A stretch of DNA of 63,996 bases, counting the filler, from Asterionella formosa (Eukaryota): the NCBI GenBank assembly GCA_002256025.1. It is 26 parts of 26 records of this genome, joined end to end, with 100 filler letters (N's around TTAATTAATTAA, not from the genome) between each part and the next. Parts side by side here need not be neighbours in the genome. Positions count along the whole stretch, not along the records: positions 23,704 to 41,315 come from NKIB01004360.1; 25 more parts are not named here. One strand, written 5' to 3'. Below are positions 25,314-40,083 of this stretch, one piece after another. The notes under the pieces were generated by a model. It was not told where the DNA came from. It worked only from the letters and a program-made list of their open reading frames with translations, and ran no database searches. The position numbers and the translations under genes are program-made. Positions within the stretch are counted from its first letter, which is position 1. Each line of letters opens with the position of its first letter.

Positions 25314-26053
25314 TCTATCGGAAATTTTATTCACAGATGTTGATGAGTGAACTTGTAACCTCATCATTTCCGAGTGCCCCAAAATTTGTTTCAAGCCCAG
25401 GTCAAGAAAAGCACAATCTTTTGTTCCAAAAAATTGGTCTGGAAAGAAAGCAAGACAAATTCATCAAAAAGATCTTCCCATCTTTGTTCCACTGACAATG
25501 TTGGCACCTTTCTTTTAGAGTCACCCTTGAAACCCTTCAAATACATCTTGGATTTCCAGATCCCCTCCTCACATATCCCTTCTCGGTCATCTCAAAATAT
25601 GTTGAACCCACATGGCTGACCTCCACTCCCCCTGGATCGCGTCAACGACTATTTTGTCATGCCTGTAGTTGCTGCTGTTGCCACCACCCCCCGCCTCTCC
25701 ACCGCAGATTTGATCAAATTCAATATTGGCTAGACCAACCACATTGTGGACACTCTCCCAAACAATTCAGTTCCTGTAACTGTCTCATCATGGACTCCTC
25801 ATCTGCAGCTTCTTGCGCACCACAGCCGTCAGCCATCCCCACCTTCCCCCCTGACAAAATATCGAATAGTGGATTCTATTTATGTGATTCGATCAATTCG
25901 ATTAATGACAATATGATTATATTTGAATGAACAATGGCATGTAATAGTTCAATGGAATGAATCTTGGTTTTGACATGAGATGTCAATTCATTTATTGTAA
26001 AGTATGAACAACCAAGACATTGGAGTACTCATGGTGGGGATGGGAATGAGCAG

Positions 26054-26235
26054 TTGTTGCGATGGACAACAATCTGAGAAAGTTCATCTTTGGAGTTTTA
26101 GTTTTAGCTCATAACAAGTAAATTGTGAAATCTGTTTTCAACTTTGTTGCGATGGACAACAATCTGAGAAAGTTCATCTTTGGAGTTTTAGTTTTAGCTC
26201 ATAACAAGTAAATTGTGAAATCTGTTTTCAACTTT
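26054..26235. repeat. Perfect tandem duplication, 90 bp x2
   Basis: TTGTTGCGATGGACAAC...TTTTCAACT at 26054 and 26144. Confidence 0.93.
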
Positions 26236-26379
26236 AGTTTGGAGTCTTAAAACGTAAGAAAATCAAGTTATCACCGAAGCTAGCAATACAAATAGTTGGA
26301 CGAGTAAGCTTGCAGCTATTAACGTAAACTAGATACTTTAACACCCCCCCCCTCCTCCCTCCTTTGCAGGCTATCTCTC

Positions 26380-26745
26380 CTCTCTCCCTCCACTAGAGCA
26401 GCATTTTCTTGGCAAAGTTACCCTCCCACCCGATATCCTCCTTCTTCTTGTAGACATCACCAAGAATCGCTTCGTACTTGCAACATCCGGATCCGTTCGC
26501 CAGCCAAACAGATCCTTTGGCTGGATTATCATGGCACTCAGAGTAAACTCCAAATCACCGGCATGAACACTCAAACTCCCAAAGCCAATGCCATCAATTC
26601 CTTCCGCACTGAGGCTGCCGGTATCCTTGGTGGATCATTTGCTCTCCGCGCTGTCCTCAATTTCCGCAACCTACTCACCCCCATGGCACCCTATTCAGCC
26701 AAAGATCACAGCGAAAATGAAGCCTTGTCAAGAGACACTGCCTAA
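26380..26745 (+). pseudogene. RNase H-like relic of a non-LTR retrotransposon
   Basis: VLATSGSVRQPNRSFGWII and NSFRTEAAGILG resemble the SDGSV...FGW and SFRAEA.G motifs of LINE RNase H domains; broken frames. Confidence 0.5.
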
Positions 26746-29700
26746 TTCCACCAGAAATATCATCTACCCACACTCATACTTCTCATTTCCCAATGTAAGT
26801 GAAGAGGATATGCATCAATTGATGTCATCATTTGAAATTTGCAATGTCTTTGCGGACATTGCAATGGTGTTATCTGTGTAACTACAAATTTTGGAAGAAC
26901 AAATCCCCATCTGAGTCACACAATCGAAATTGTTGCAACCGTGTTTTTTATGCATATGGTCCCTGTCAACATTGCATGCAAGAACATCGAGTTCCTGGAA
27001 TACATAGTGAAACTATGTATTGCGGTAGTGCATCGAATCATTCAAGGAAAGAAGTTAATGGCAGTGTAACTGCTGCAGCATCATTTATGCAGCAGGAAGA
27101 GTAGACAACAAGAAGAGATTATGTGTCCTATCCTTTAATCAAGTGGCCATAATCATCCATTCCATGATGACAGCAACAATTCAGTTTATAACAATATTCA
27201 GTCACAACAGGACGAACAATTGAGACTAAAAACTCTCCAAGGGATGAATTCAGAAACCATGCAATATTCAGATTTTCAAGATCACATCGGCTTTCTCCCT
27301 GAAAATGCAATGGAAATGCCCCTTCCTCCTCGATTTCAACTTCCAAGTAAACATTCCCTAAACATGCGCGCATCCAATCGAATTGGAACTCATGTTATTC
27401 CTCAACGAGATTTAACTTCCACCAGTTTACTTTGATCATCTAATGAAATGGCTGTTCAAGGCCAAAGCAATGAAATATTTTGATGGAAGCAAGGTATCAA
27501 GCTCCATCCTACCAGACTTTGAAAAAACGCATGGATATTTCATTTCCACCAACATTAGCTGGTGGTCAACTGTTGACCAAACAAATAAAGATTGATAACA
27601 ATTCAAATATGATCATCCCACGCACACTCCATTATTTCGAACCAGTACAGCAGCTCATGGCAGGATTGCTACGTGATTCCGATATCATGCAACATTTTGT
27701 ATGTCACCCACAAGTGAAACTTACAACTTGTGGAGAACGCATGCATAGTACATGACAAAGTAACTTCCGCGAAAATGCATTCAACAATTCTCCTGCATCC
27801 GAAAATGGAGTGTTGAAGACAGGGTGTTTATTTGTTGCCCTAGCAGTTTTCAGTGATGGTTCACTTATTGATAAATAAATGAAACATTCCGAGCATCCGT
27901 TTTTGCTGACAATGTTAAACTTAACGTTAGAAGGAAGAAAAAAAGTTGATGGATGGCAATAAGTATCTCTTTTGCCAGCCATTGAAGTCAGTGATCTGGA
28001 GAAACAAATCAATAATAATAAGTTATCTGGTGACGACTTGTCCTTATGTAGACTCAAATTATATCATTCTGTTACAGGATTTCTATTGTCGCCTTTCGAA
28101 GATCCAAACAAGTCATACGATATTTGGGTTAATGGTCTTGGTATGACAAAAGTATTTCCAAGTTGGAATGATCATTGGTGATAGAGAAGAACACAATAAA
28201 ATTTGTGGCTTCAGGGGTGGTAATGGATTATTTCGACGATATGTTTGTCGTGATTGCCTGGTTTCAACTGAGGATGCTGATAATCTTGATATTGGATGTG
28301 AACGTCGTAAAGTGTCAGATGTTAAAAAGTTTTTAAACAAATTTCTTGACAAAAATGCATAGCCCGATGGAAAATTGATATGTTTCCCACCTGAGTATTG
28401 TGTCTCCCAGTCTAATGGGAAATAGACCTACGCAACAGCAAATGAGTTGTGCCATGTGTGTTATATCGCATAATTCTATTATGCCTGAACTAATAAATGA
28501 TTATCTTTTTTTGGTGGTTACTTAGAAGGATTATTTGGTGCAACTCCATTTGAGGTTCTTCATCAATTACTACATTGAATATTTAAGTTTGCACATTTGG
28601 GAATCTTTGTACAATTATCGGACAATTCCTGAAGGATGGACATGTTATTTTAAGAAAAAAAACTCCAGATATTCCAGAAACATCTCCAATCATAAACGTA
28701 ACACTGAAACAACAGACTCTACTTTTCTTGATCAAGAGAAGCAGAAGTAGCGGGCAAAGACCAAAACGGAGCGACACACGCACCAGTTATCAAAAATATT
28801 TTTACTGGCAAAAATCAAGACCCACACTTATACCAGCACCAGAAATGCATTTTCGAAACTATACTATACTTCGAACAAAGTGCTAGATATATCAATAGTC
28901 ATTTGGAAAGCAAGGCAAAGCGATCGTGAAATTCTAAAATTGTCATACAGATCTGGGATGACAGCTTTGTCGAAAATGTCAGGGCAAGAAATTCCTGGAT
29001 TATGTATGTTAACTATTTTTTCGATGAGTGGAATGATGGGTTCAGAGAACATGCGCCTAGAAAAGGATTTCACATTGCTGTTATGGTTAATATGTAAATC
29101 TATCAATGACACCCTATTCATACCACAACATACATCAACATGTTTTTATATTTTAGAGGAAAGGGTAAAGAGATTTATGTCAGTTACTAAGATTATGATT
29201 GGTCCCCAACGGGAAATGATATCTCAAATCGGCTTACGAATGGCAAAATTTCATGGAGTGAAACATTACCCTCATCTGATTAGGAAGCTCGGATCTCCTC
29301 TTAATTTTTTTGGTGGATATTTGGGGTTTTTTTTAAAGACACATTGAAACAACCCAGTAAGCATGTCAATGGACAATTACATCGATTAAAGCATGACATT
29401 TTAACAAGGTCATATGAAACAAGGCAGTTTGCCTTGTCACGAAAAATTGTTTTTGTAAGTGATTCATTACATACAGAAAACAAACAAAAGAAGATGAGTA
29501 GAGAAAATACCATCAATGTAACTTCGGGTATTTCAACAGAAATTGAGGGCCAACTACGTAAAGAGCATTGCGAATTCAGCAATAGAAATAGCAATAATAA
29601 AAATTTAGAAGATGGGCGAAGTTATCATGTTAAAATTAAAAAAAAAGTTATTGGCCAAATTCAAAGGCAGGAATCTCTGGTCGTGAATGGTTTGACTGGG

Positions 29701-30030
29701 TCGAAGTGAACTGGGAGAAGGGAGATGGATCAAGTTCCTTCACAGCTCCTGCAAAACTACTTCTTTGGGGAAATGTTATTTTCTCCAACACAACAACCAT
29801 TCTCTTGGCGTGTATTAACACCTTATGCAATGATACAACTGAATTGAGCGTTGTTGAATTTCATAACATACTTTCGGCAGCATTTGTTGTTCCTGCTTTG
29901 AAACCACAGAAATCAAGGAAAACTCTGAAACCGCAAGAAGTTTTGGAACAGATGCGGAAAGATAATTTTTATGTTGCCATGCCCCCACATCATGATGGAA
30001 ATCAATCGGTTGGGACCAAAAACTAACAAG
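26746..30030 (+). pseudogene. Plavaka/CMC-like transposase relic (left copy)
   Basis: LAVFSDGS, IIGDREEHNKICG...YVCRDC and KFHGVKHYPHLIRKLGSPLNFFGG motifs with many stops and frameshifts. Confidence 0.6.
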
Positions 30031-30032
30031 CG

Positions 30033-30273
30033 AACGTTGATAAATATATAAGAATAATTTAAATGATAATGGTAACGTTGATAAATATATAAGAATAATA
30101 TAAATGATAATGGTAGCAATATGGTTTCACATACTAAATTGGTTATTATGATGTTTTCACAACCTACAATTTCCTAAGAAATGATGACATTGGATAATCC
30201 CCATACTAAATTGGTTATTATGATGTTTTCACAACCTACAATTTCCTAAGAAATGATGACATTGGATAATCCC
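30033..30273. repeat. Two adjacent tandem duplications (about 42 bp x2 and 72 bp x2)
   Basis: AACGTTGATAAATATATAAGAATAAT...GATAATGGT twice (30033-30115). CATACTAAATTGG...GGATAATCCC at 30130 and 30202. Confidence 0.88.
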
Positions 30274-30274
30274 A

Positions 30275-32560
30275 ATGGTCCATTATTTGTTCTTTTTCAC
30301 TCCCAAAGAACCTAAGATGGTTCTTCTCGTTTCGTCCGAAATTTTGCTTCTCCACTTTCCAACTGCAGTTCGATATGAGTCTGTAAACTTTTTCAATTCG
30401 ATTCCAGAAGGGCTACCATCAGATTTAAAAAAAATTCAACATTTTGTCATCCAGAAATTTGGCCAAGAGGTGCATGATTATACCATTTGAAGGGAGGAAG
30501 ATTGTCATTACTTTGTTGTATCATGGAGTTTACGTAGACAACTTCATCCTTCTTGAAAGAAGAGTTGCAAGGAACTCGTCCAAATACTTCTTTCAACATT
30601 TTTAAATCTAAATTTGATGTCAAAATACTGTCGATACAAAATTGAAGAGAAGATATTTCCAACTGAAACATATCCTCTCGAGAATTTTTCGTTGTCACTT
30701 GAGGCCAAACTGTTCCAAGATGACAGTATGTTGACTTGGTTGGTAGGTCAGATGCAATTTATAAGAAATCGGCTGTTTGATCTGTTGCTACCACCTGACG
30801 TTTTAGGACTCAGTCTCCAAACGGAAATGTGCCGCCCCGTTTGCCAAGAAATTTGGTTTTGCCATTCCTTTCTTTCAAAATTGTAAAAGATCCACATGAC
30901 CATCCACTGTCATCTTCTGGTTGAAATAACATGGAATCAAGTTCAGTGGCCACACTGATCTGCAATGGTGAACACTTTCACAATTGTAAAATGTTCACAA
31001 GACCATCCACTGTCATCTTCTGGTTGATATAACATGGAATCATGTTCAGTGGCCACACTGATCTGCAATGGTGCTTTGGTGCGCCAGTATAGAAAGATTC
31101 CTAGAACCAAATTGCTTCAGGTATATGGGATTCTTGTGGAAGATATCCTGTATCGGTGCATAACAATTCCAATTCTTTTCTGCATCCGGGGATGATGCAG
31201 TACTTACAGGCAAGGTGAAATACTTGATCATAATTTTCATCCAAACTTGCATCTTTTCCTGGATTACGGACTTGACATAATCCATCAGCCATTTATAGCA
31301 AAAAGATAATACAGAAAATAATTGTTTTCCTCCTCATCTGATCTTTTCCAATACACAATTAGAACATAGTTACTTTTGTGATGAAGTGGATAACAATCAC
31401 CTTGGTATATATATGGATTGTTATTACCCTTTTCTGGGTTCTCATCCAGATCAAATATAACCTTTACATCACTTAGATCAAGTTCATGAATTATATAATG
31501 GATCATAGAGCAAGGTAATTGTTTCAAGGTCCCAATATGCAAGATCTTTAAAATCTGAAGATGATTTTTTGATACCTTTGACTCCATAAAATACAGAGGC
31601 GTAATTGCATATATCTTGTGGGGTACGAGTGTACAACTCTTTCCACAATTTTAGGTCAAGGAAAATGCTGTTTGCTTTGCCATAATAACTCAACACATTT
31701 CACATTCCGACTCTTCATAAGAGTAGCTAGCTGCCTTCGGGATTATTCTCAATGATTTTACAAAGAAATTCTTTTTCTTCCATGTATGATTTGGAAAGAG
31801 ATTCAATTTTGTGTTTCTGACTTCGTTCCAGACTCAGTGCATCAACTGCCTTAGCCAGCATCACATCTCTGTCTGCATTGATCTTCTTGAATTCGAGGTC
31901 TTGATCTAGCTCAGACTTTTTCTTGAATATCTTTTCTTTTAGAAATGCAATAGTTTCTCTGCTTTCATGATGGTCATCTTGATGTTCTGGATGAATAGTG
32001 AGATATGTTTCTTGGTTTTGCAACTTTTCAACCATTTCTACTTCTGAAGTGTTGTCTGCCACATTTCCGCCGATATTTTCATTCATCGCATGAATTTGTT
32101 CATCAAATGAATGAGAATCACTGAGTTCTTCTTCATTATCAGCGATTTCGGGAGAATGAGGAGCAAAATACGACACTGGATGGTGGAACTGTGACTCTGC
32201 ACGAATAGAGTCTTCATCCACGAAGACCAGCGGTTTGGGTTTCCTCGGCTCTTCGAAAGCAATCTTTCCTTCTTTCCAATCTCAGTCACTATTGTATCGG
32301 CATACTTTATTCATTATTTTTATGGAGTATTATGAATCTGTTCAAATTCATTTGATCTTTGAGTGTATTCAAAGGAATCTTCGATTGATTTCATAACCTT
32401 GTTCATCTTCTTTTCCGAAAACATAAAGTCGTGTAGTGTAAACAATGGAAGTAAATCTCGTTTCTTGTTTGAATGATCCTTTCCATGAAATCCATGAAAT
32501 GCCATTTGGAAAGTTGTCAAAGGGCCAGAAGACTATGATGTAAAACAGTGGAAAGGAAAT
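30275..32560 (-). pseudogene. Fragmented long ORF of unknown family, possibly the second gene of the transposon
   Basis: Chain of minus-strand ORF pieces (acidic/coiled-coil 31727-32221, Cys-containing 31101-31292) convergent with the transposase relic. Internal duplication of about 103 bp at 30880-31075. Confidence 0.35.
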
Positions 32561-32644
32561 GCGGAGATTTTTGTGGAGCTTTTTGCGAACTTTTTGCGGC
32601 GCTTGTGGAGGTGGAACTGGTGTGATGGTAACCGAGTGTAGTAA

Positions 32645-33027
32645 TTGTTGAACAGAGCACAGTGTAATATGCATGTTCCGCCAGCGTAGTGTTTACACAA
32701 TACACATGCCGGCATATACCGGTATATAGCTAAAACAAGGAAAGACGACACGACAATGAACGTGATGGCTGGTTGTTGAGGATACCGGTATGTGATATGC
32801 AACAATCCATGTCACAAATCATATTATAGTGATGTACATATCAACGCATCCGTATACTTAGATCCTATCCACTGTATAACACTATCATATTAACTGTTGA
32901 CTTTAACTGTATACATTAAACGACAAACATATATATAAATAAACATACTTTATGATTGCTTGATTTATATTCTATGATGTCTTGGTAACACTTGCGTACA
33001 TATTTTATCGTATTTTATTGTCATTGT
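32645..33027. repeat. Dispersed repeat family X, copy 2
   Basis: Reverse complement of 42611-42933 and 23384-23603. Confidence 0.9.
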
Positions 33028-33039
33028 TTTATTTTACCA

Positions 33040-36000
33040 TATACATAACCATAACAGCAATGTGAAAGAATCCATTTCTAGGTTCATGTTCTCTGAACCC
33101 ATCATTCCACCCATTGAAAGAATAGTTAACAGGCAGCCATAATCCGGGAATTTCATTCCCTGACATTTTCGACAAAGCTGTCATCCCAGATCTGTACGAC
33201 AATTTTGGAATATCACGATCGTTTTGCCTTGCTTTCCAAATGACTATTGATACTTGATCTAGCAGCCACTTTGTTCGAAGTATAGTCTCGAAAATACGTT
33301 TCTGGTGCTGGTACAAGTGTTGGGTCTTGATTTTTACCGGTGTAGATAATTTCAATAACTGGGGTGTGTGTCGCTCCTTTTTGGTCTTTGCCCGTTTCTT
33401 CGGGTGCTCTTGATCAAGAAAAGCAGAGTCTGCTGTTTAAGTGTTACGTTTATGATTGGAGATGTTTTCTGGAATATCTGGTGATTTTCTTTCTTTAAAA
33501 AAACATGTCCATTCTTCAGGGATAGTCCGATAATTGTACAATGATTCCAAAATGTGCGTACTTAAATATTCCAAGTAGTAATTGATGAAGAACCTCAAAT
33601 GGAGTTGCACCAAATAATCCTTCTAAGTCACCACCAAAAAATGATTTATTAGTAAAGGCATAATAGGATTATGCGATATAACACGGCACCACTCGTTTGC
33701 TGTTGCGTATTTGCCATTAGATGGGGAGACACAATACTCAGGTGGGATATATGGTAATTTTTTATCAGGATATGCATTTTTGTCAAGAAATTTATTTAAA
33801 AAAATTTTAACATCTGACACTTTACGACATTCACATCTAATATCGGGATTATCAGCATCTTCAGTTGAAACCAGTCAATCACGACAAACATGCATATCGT
33901 CGATATAATCCATTACCACCCATGAAACCAAACATTTTGTTGTGCTCTTCTGTATCACCAATGATCATTCCAATCTGGAAATTAACTTTTGTCATACCAA
34001 GACCATGAACTCAAATATCGTATGACTTGTTTGGATCGCTCTTCGAAAGGCAACAATAGAAATCCTGTAACAGAATGCATGGTATAACTTGAGTCTACAT
34101 AAGGACAAGTTGTCACCAGATAACTTTTTTTTCATTTGTTTTTCCAGATCACTGACTTCAATGTCTGGCAAAAGAGATAATAATTGCCATCCATTAACGT
34201 TAAGTTTAACATTGTCAAAAAACGGGTGCTCGGAATGTTTCATTTGTTTATCAATAGGTGTCCATCACTGAAAACTGCTAGGGCAACAAATTAACACCCT
34301 GCCTTGACTTCAACACTCCATTTTCTGATGCAGGAGAATTGTTGAATGCATTATCCAACCAAATCGCAGAAGTTCCTTTGTAATATATGCATGCGTTCTC
34401 CACAAGTTGTAAGTTTCACTTGTGGGTGACATACAAAATGTTGCATGATATCGGAATCACGTAGCAATCCTGCCATGAGCTGCTGTACTGGTTCGAAATA
34501 ATGGAGTGTGCGTGGAATGATTATATTTGAATTGTTATCAATCTTTTTTTGTTTTGCTGGTCAACAGTTGACCAACAGCTAATGTTGGTGGAAATGAAAT
34601 ATTCATGCTTTTTTTCAAAGTCTGGTAGGATGGAGCTTGATACCTTCTTCCATCAAAATATTTCATTGCTTTTGCCTTGAAAAGCCTTTTCATTAGATGA
34701 TTAAAGTAAACTGGTGGAAGGTAGAAAATTCTGGTTGAAGAATAACATGAGATCTAATTTGATTGGATGAATGTTCAGAGAATGTTTACTTGGAAGTTGA
34801 AATTGAGGAGGATGGGGCATTTCCATTGCATTTTCAGGGAGAAAGCCGGTGCGATCTTGAAAATCTGAATATTGCATGGTTTCTGAATTCAACCCTTGGA
34901 GAGTTTTAAGTCTCAATTGTTCGTCCTGTTGTGACTGAATATTGATATAAGCTGAATCATGTTGGAATTCTTATCAATCTGTTCTTTTTGGTCAACAGTT
35001 GACCACCAGCTAATGTTGGTGGAAATGAAATATCCATGCGTTTTTTCAAAGTCTGGTAGGATGGAGCTTGATACCTTGCTTCCATCAAAATATTTCATTG
35101 CTTTGGCCTTGAACAGCCATTTCATTAGATGATCAAAGTAAACTGGTGGAAGTTAAATCTCGTTGAGGAATAACATGAGTTCCAATTCGATTGGATGCGC
35201 GCATGTTTAGGGAATGTTTACTTGGAAGTTGAAATCGAGGAGGAAGGGGCATTTCCATTGCATTTTCAGGGAGAAAGCCGATGTGATCTTGAAAATCTGA
35301 ATATTGCATGGTTTCTGAATTCATCCCTTGGAGAGTTTTTAGTCTCAATTGTTCGTCCTGTTGTGACTGAATATTGTTATAAACTGAATTGTTGCTGTCA
35401 TCATGGAATGGATGATTATGGCCACTTGATTAAAGGATAGGACACATAATCTCTTCTTGTTGTCTACTCTCCCTGCTGCCTAAATGATGCTGCAGCAGTT
35501 ACACTGCCATTAACTTCTTTCCTTGAATGATTCGATGCACTACCGCAATACATAGTTTCACTATGTATTCCAGGAACTCAATGTTCTTGCATGCAATGTT
35601 GACAGTGACCACATGCATAGAAAACACGGTTGCTAAAATTTCGATTGTGAGACTCAGATGGGGATTTGTTCTTCCAAAATTTGTAGTTACACAGATAACA
35701 CTATTGCAATGTCCACAAAGACATTGCAAATTGCAAATGATGGCCAAGTCAGGACATTAACAAGATAGAATGAAAATCAATAATTAATGATAAATTGAGC
35801 ATCACTCCGATCATGCTGTGCTGGACAATACAGAGTCGTGAAATTATCACTCCACCATAGTAGTAAAAATGGAGGTATACCGCTACATACAGTACAGGCG
35901 CCACTTCTAGTTGTAGAGAGGAGCATAAATGTTTTCCTAACATGTATGATATGTTTCTTGCATTGTAGATGTCTCACACTAACTATATTTATTATGTAAC

Positions 36001-36217
36001 TACTAAACATGCATTCGATTAAGCATGCATTCAATTCTATTAGATCCATTCAAAATCAACGTCGTCATCAATGTCCCGTTGATTAATGTGTTCATTGTAA
36101 TCAATATTCTTCTCAGGATCATTTGGTTGAAGTGGTTCAACATATTGATGCATATCATCTTCACTTACATTAGGAAATGAGAAGTATAAGTGTGGGTAGA
36201 TTATATTTGTTGTGGAA
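33040..36217 (-). pseudogene. Plavaka/CMC-like transposase relic (right copy, inverted, 3'-truncated)
   Basis: Reverse complement of 26746-29090. Peptide MRLKTLQGMNSETMQYSDFQ is identical at 27220 and 35348, with a more diverged third copy at 34916. Confidence 0.75.
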
Positions 36218-39200
36218 GTAGCAATTCCACTAGGTTTCCTTCCATATTCAGATCGATTCTTTTGTGAAAGTCCAGTGTAGATTTCCTTATAATAACCAAG
36301 TAAATCATCAGTCTATTGATCAGTGAGACCATTTGAAACTGAACTTTCTTCCCTCACACTTTTTTGATAAGTGGTCTCCCACCAATGTCGTCAAAATCAG
36401 TAGAATGACAAATATCGTTGCTTTCTCTGAAATTTCATGCATATCTGGATTGAGACCCAAATATTTTTGTTGCAATCGGAATTTTCCTTTCAGCACCAAG
36501 AAGCAAAAGGCTTCTGTACTGGCATTGATCAGCGAACCAACAAAACTTGATTGCAATTCACACTGTGCCCGAAGACTTAGTCGAAATTTGGCTTAGTCAC
36601 AGTTCTCCACGGCTTGTCCTGCCTATAAAATACACCGGAGCAAGAACATCACGTATCCTTGGCTTCCCCTGCCCTGTCAATGTCCTTTGATTGCGCAAAA
36701 CGATAAAGCGTGAACGCCTACCTAATAAAGTCATCAATATCCATAGTCTGGAAGTTATATTCTATTAGACCAGCTGGTGTGTCAGGAATTATGTTAGCAA
36801 TTTTTAAATTCAAACATATTTGATAAGAATATAATCACCGACTCAAAACATCATGCTTTCAGGGCATCTCCCGCCCTGCAAGAATTTACCTAAGATTCCT
36901 TTAAATTGATTATTCAATACATTCTGACATTCTCTCAACTTTTTAATGCACATGCCACCAAATGTTGATGTTATATAATCTAAATGTGCCTTGCTGGTAT
37001 GTTCAACGGTCTGATTCATCGGAAGTAGTGCATCGGAAGCATTCAATATGAAATTTGCAAGCTCTGGGTCACTCTCCACTTCTTTGCCTAGTGCATCATT
37101 TATGCCCTGTTATTTTTTGATTCCTATGAAATCTCTTGATCTGTTCTGCGCTTTTTCGCCACAATTGTTTTCATTGGCTGTTTCACTGGACATTATTCGA
37201 ATTGATTGTGCTTCGAACGAAGCAATGATCAAAGCAAGTCCACCCCATTGCAGAATGGTGAGTCTCACAATTAAGTATGAGCCAGTCGATTAAAGTTGGA
37301 CTGTCTTTTGTGCACACTCGTTGTGTTTGTACTTGACTTGTCAACTGTCCGCTCCTAAGAGCAGCCATGGTATGCCACCAGCCCATTTATTGTCTATACG
37401 AGTTTCAAATGTGTTCAGCTATGATAACTTTTGCTCCCCCCTCCTAAACACTATCTCACTACCCTTTTCATATATTTCTCTTTATCCTTTGGCTTCACAG
37501 GCCCAGGTTACTCAATGCCTTCATCTGCAAGTTCAGCCAAGCACGTTGGTGTCAAGAAAACCTCAACCCCGATTTTCCTCACATGCTCTACCCATTGACT
37601 TCTTCATTGCTGAAATCGAGGTAGCTATGTTGATGTCATGTGGCGCAGACTTGTGTATAGATTTATGATGCCAAAAGCATTGCTTCCTTTTTCCATAGGT
37701 ACCTATTTGTCAACATTGTTTGGGTCAATCCATTCTTGTTCCCGCAAAGCACAGCAGAAGCAATTATCCCTTTACTTCTCCTCCCAAAGAACAACCTTCA
37801 TTTCTCTTTCACAATTGTCCTGATGTTTGCAGAGCATTTTCAGTTCCCTTTTGATTTTTCCACTGGTTTTGATCCCTTTTGTATTCAAGTCAAGAAACAA
37901 GCAACTCATTGACCTCTCTGGAGGTTTTGGTCCTCAGTGGGACCATACAGCAACAATCAACAGATCATGGCGGCTGTTCTCCATTTTTTGTAGCAAGTGA
38001 CATTCAAGAAGGGTCTGGGATCATTGGGGAGAAAAATTAGTAGGATTCTCTGTGTTTTCCCAAGCCTGTTTGGCATTCTACCATTGCTTCCTCTCAATCA
38101 ATAATAGCTAGTATAGCTAATAAAAACCGTAATTTGATGAAATGTGACTTCCGGTTTCTAATATTTAACATTGTTGCACTACTGAAACTTGAATCCGTAA
38201 ATGGGCATTCAACTTGTGCTTCTTGCATTTTTGCAGTATAGACTGACTGGTGGTCGATGGGCCAAGGTGGTCGATGGGCCAAAGTGTCTCGCTTTTCATA
38301 AACATCTTCAAAGTACTAGTGCTTTTGTCGAGGTTTTTTTTAAATCCAACTGCTGCTATCCATTGAAATATTCCAGATACATCAAAGAATACGCTCCTGT
38401 CTTCAAAGGTAAGGAACTAGTACGGTGACAAAGGAAATCTGATGAGACATGAAAATTACGAAACCAGAATCACTCTGGCACTATACATAGACAGTCTCAT
38501 GCTTCTTTGTTCATATCGCCTGCTATGCTGGGTTTCAATTCTAGATTTATAACATTCTTGTTAGAGAGATGATGTTACTTCAGAGAATTAGATTGTGCTG
38601 TTCTATAATGGATGCTGTTTAGCTATGATTGAGATTGTAACACTGATTGATGCTCTGGTGACAGACTGGCCGGAAATATTCGTCTTGTGTGATGAGCCAT
38701 TTCGTTTTCATTGGATTTCTTTTCAAGCTCTTAATGGATTGCATTCACGAACATACTGTGCAATGTAGATGATGATTCATCGAACACATATGATGACTTG
38801 AACGACAAATGAAGATTTTATCACAAACACTTGTTCCTCTCGACAAGGCTGCTTTGTCGTTGTTGCAAGAATCAGAGTGAGTACTGGCAAGGATGATGAG
38901 CCTAACCACATTACTTTAACTGGTTCATTATCCTACCAAGAAATTTAAATAACGGAACCTCACAGAAACAATACATATAATAATTAAATTTCCATAGTCA
39001 AAAGGGTTACTATTTAAATTACGAGGGCATTTATCAAAATCATTAGATGATATAACGAAAAATTATGATCATATGATCATAATCCCATGATGCATCATAG
39101 GAATATGATTGTTTTTATTTGCAGATGGTAGCACCACTAGGTATCAGTTGAATACAGATGAGATTACTTCTACTGTTGCTGCTAACCATTTCAATTCTGA

Positions 39201-40083
39201 GATCTCTCAAACTCCGGACTATCCATTGTCTAGAAACATTAGCGTGGTCACTACTGGCTGTCGTGGCAGTGGCCATGGCGGGCAAAATGGTGGATGAGGA
39301 TGCAGAGGAAATAGACAAGGGCAAGCGACTGTAGTAGATGAAATGGTCAGGAAAGAGCCAGCACTGGATACTTTGACAATTACTGGTTCTACTCATTTTA
39401 TCTCATTTTGTTATGAGGGGGGGTGTTATGAATCACTACTTTGTGACATGTCCTCACTCTATGTCTGTTTGTCCGACAGTAACTATCTTCACTATTTATT
39501 TTTCTTCTATTTTAACTTAATCTACTAGTAATCACTCTTCAACAAACCAGCCTTCCAATATCCTTCAGAGCTTGTCAGGTCAGTTAACAGACTCACTCCT
39601 CCCCTTGTTATTTCCTCATTGCCAATTTCCCTCATCCCCTCTTTCATAGTATAATCCACCCCTTACATGCCCTGTTGGGCCCTTGGTTTGCCCCTTTTGG
39701 CAAATACAGGCATCCTGGTGGCTCCAAATACTTCCTGATCTGATGTTTGTATGAAATCATACCTAATTCGGAGATAATCCTGATAAGAAGTAGTACTTCA
39801 AGAAATCCTTAAGATTCAACATGCATAATCTTAAATAACTGACGCAGCCAGAGGAATTTAAATGTAATCTCATGGCTGGTCATTGCACCTTCTGTTGTCA
39901 CGTAGCTTAGCAAGAAGAGTCAATACTGGTAATAGTATCCTTGATGCAATGGCATCATCTGGCCTGCATATTCCCTGTGTTGAATCACAGATCTCACATC
40001 TGACTTTTAAAATTCATGATAATAGGGGAGTATAGTCACACAATATGCCATGGGTAACAATAGATGCAGTGTATGGTTGTTAT

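Noticed and set aside
36240..38050. Fragmented minus-strand coding-like region
   Set aside because: Probably a decayed gene or element, but no family could be supported.
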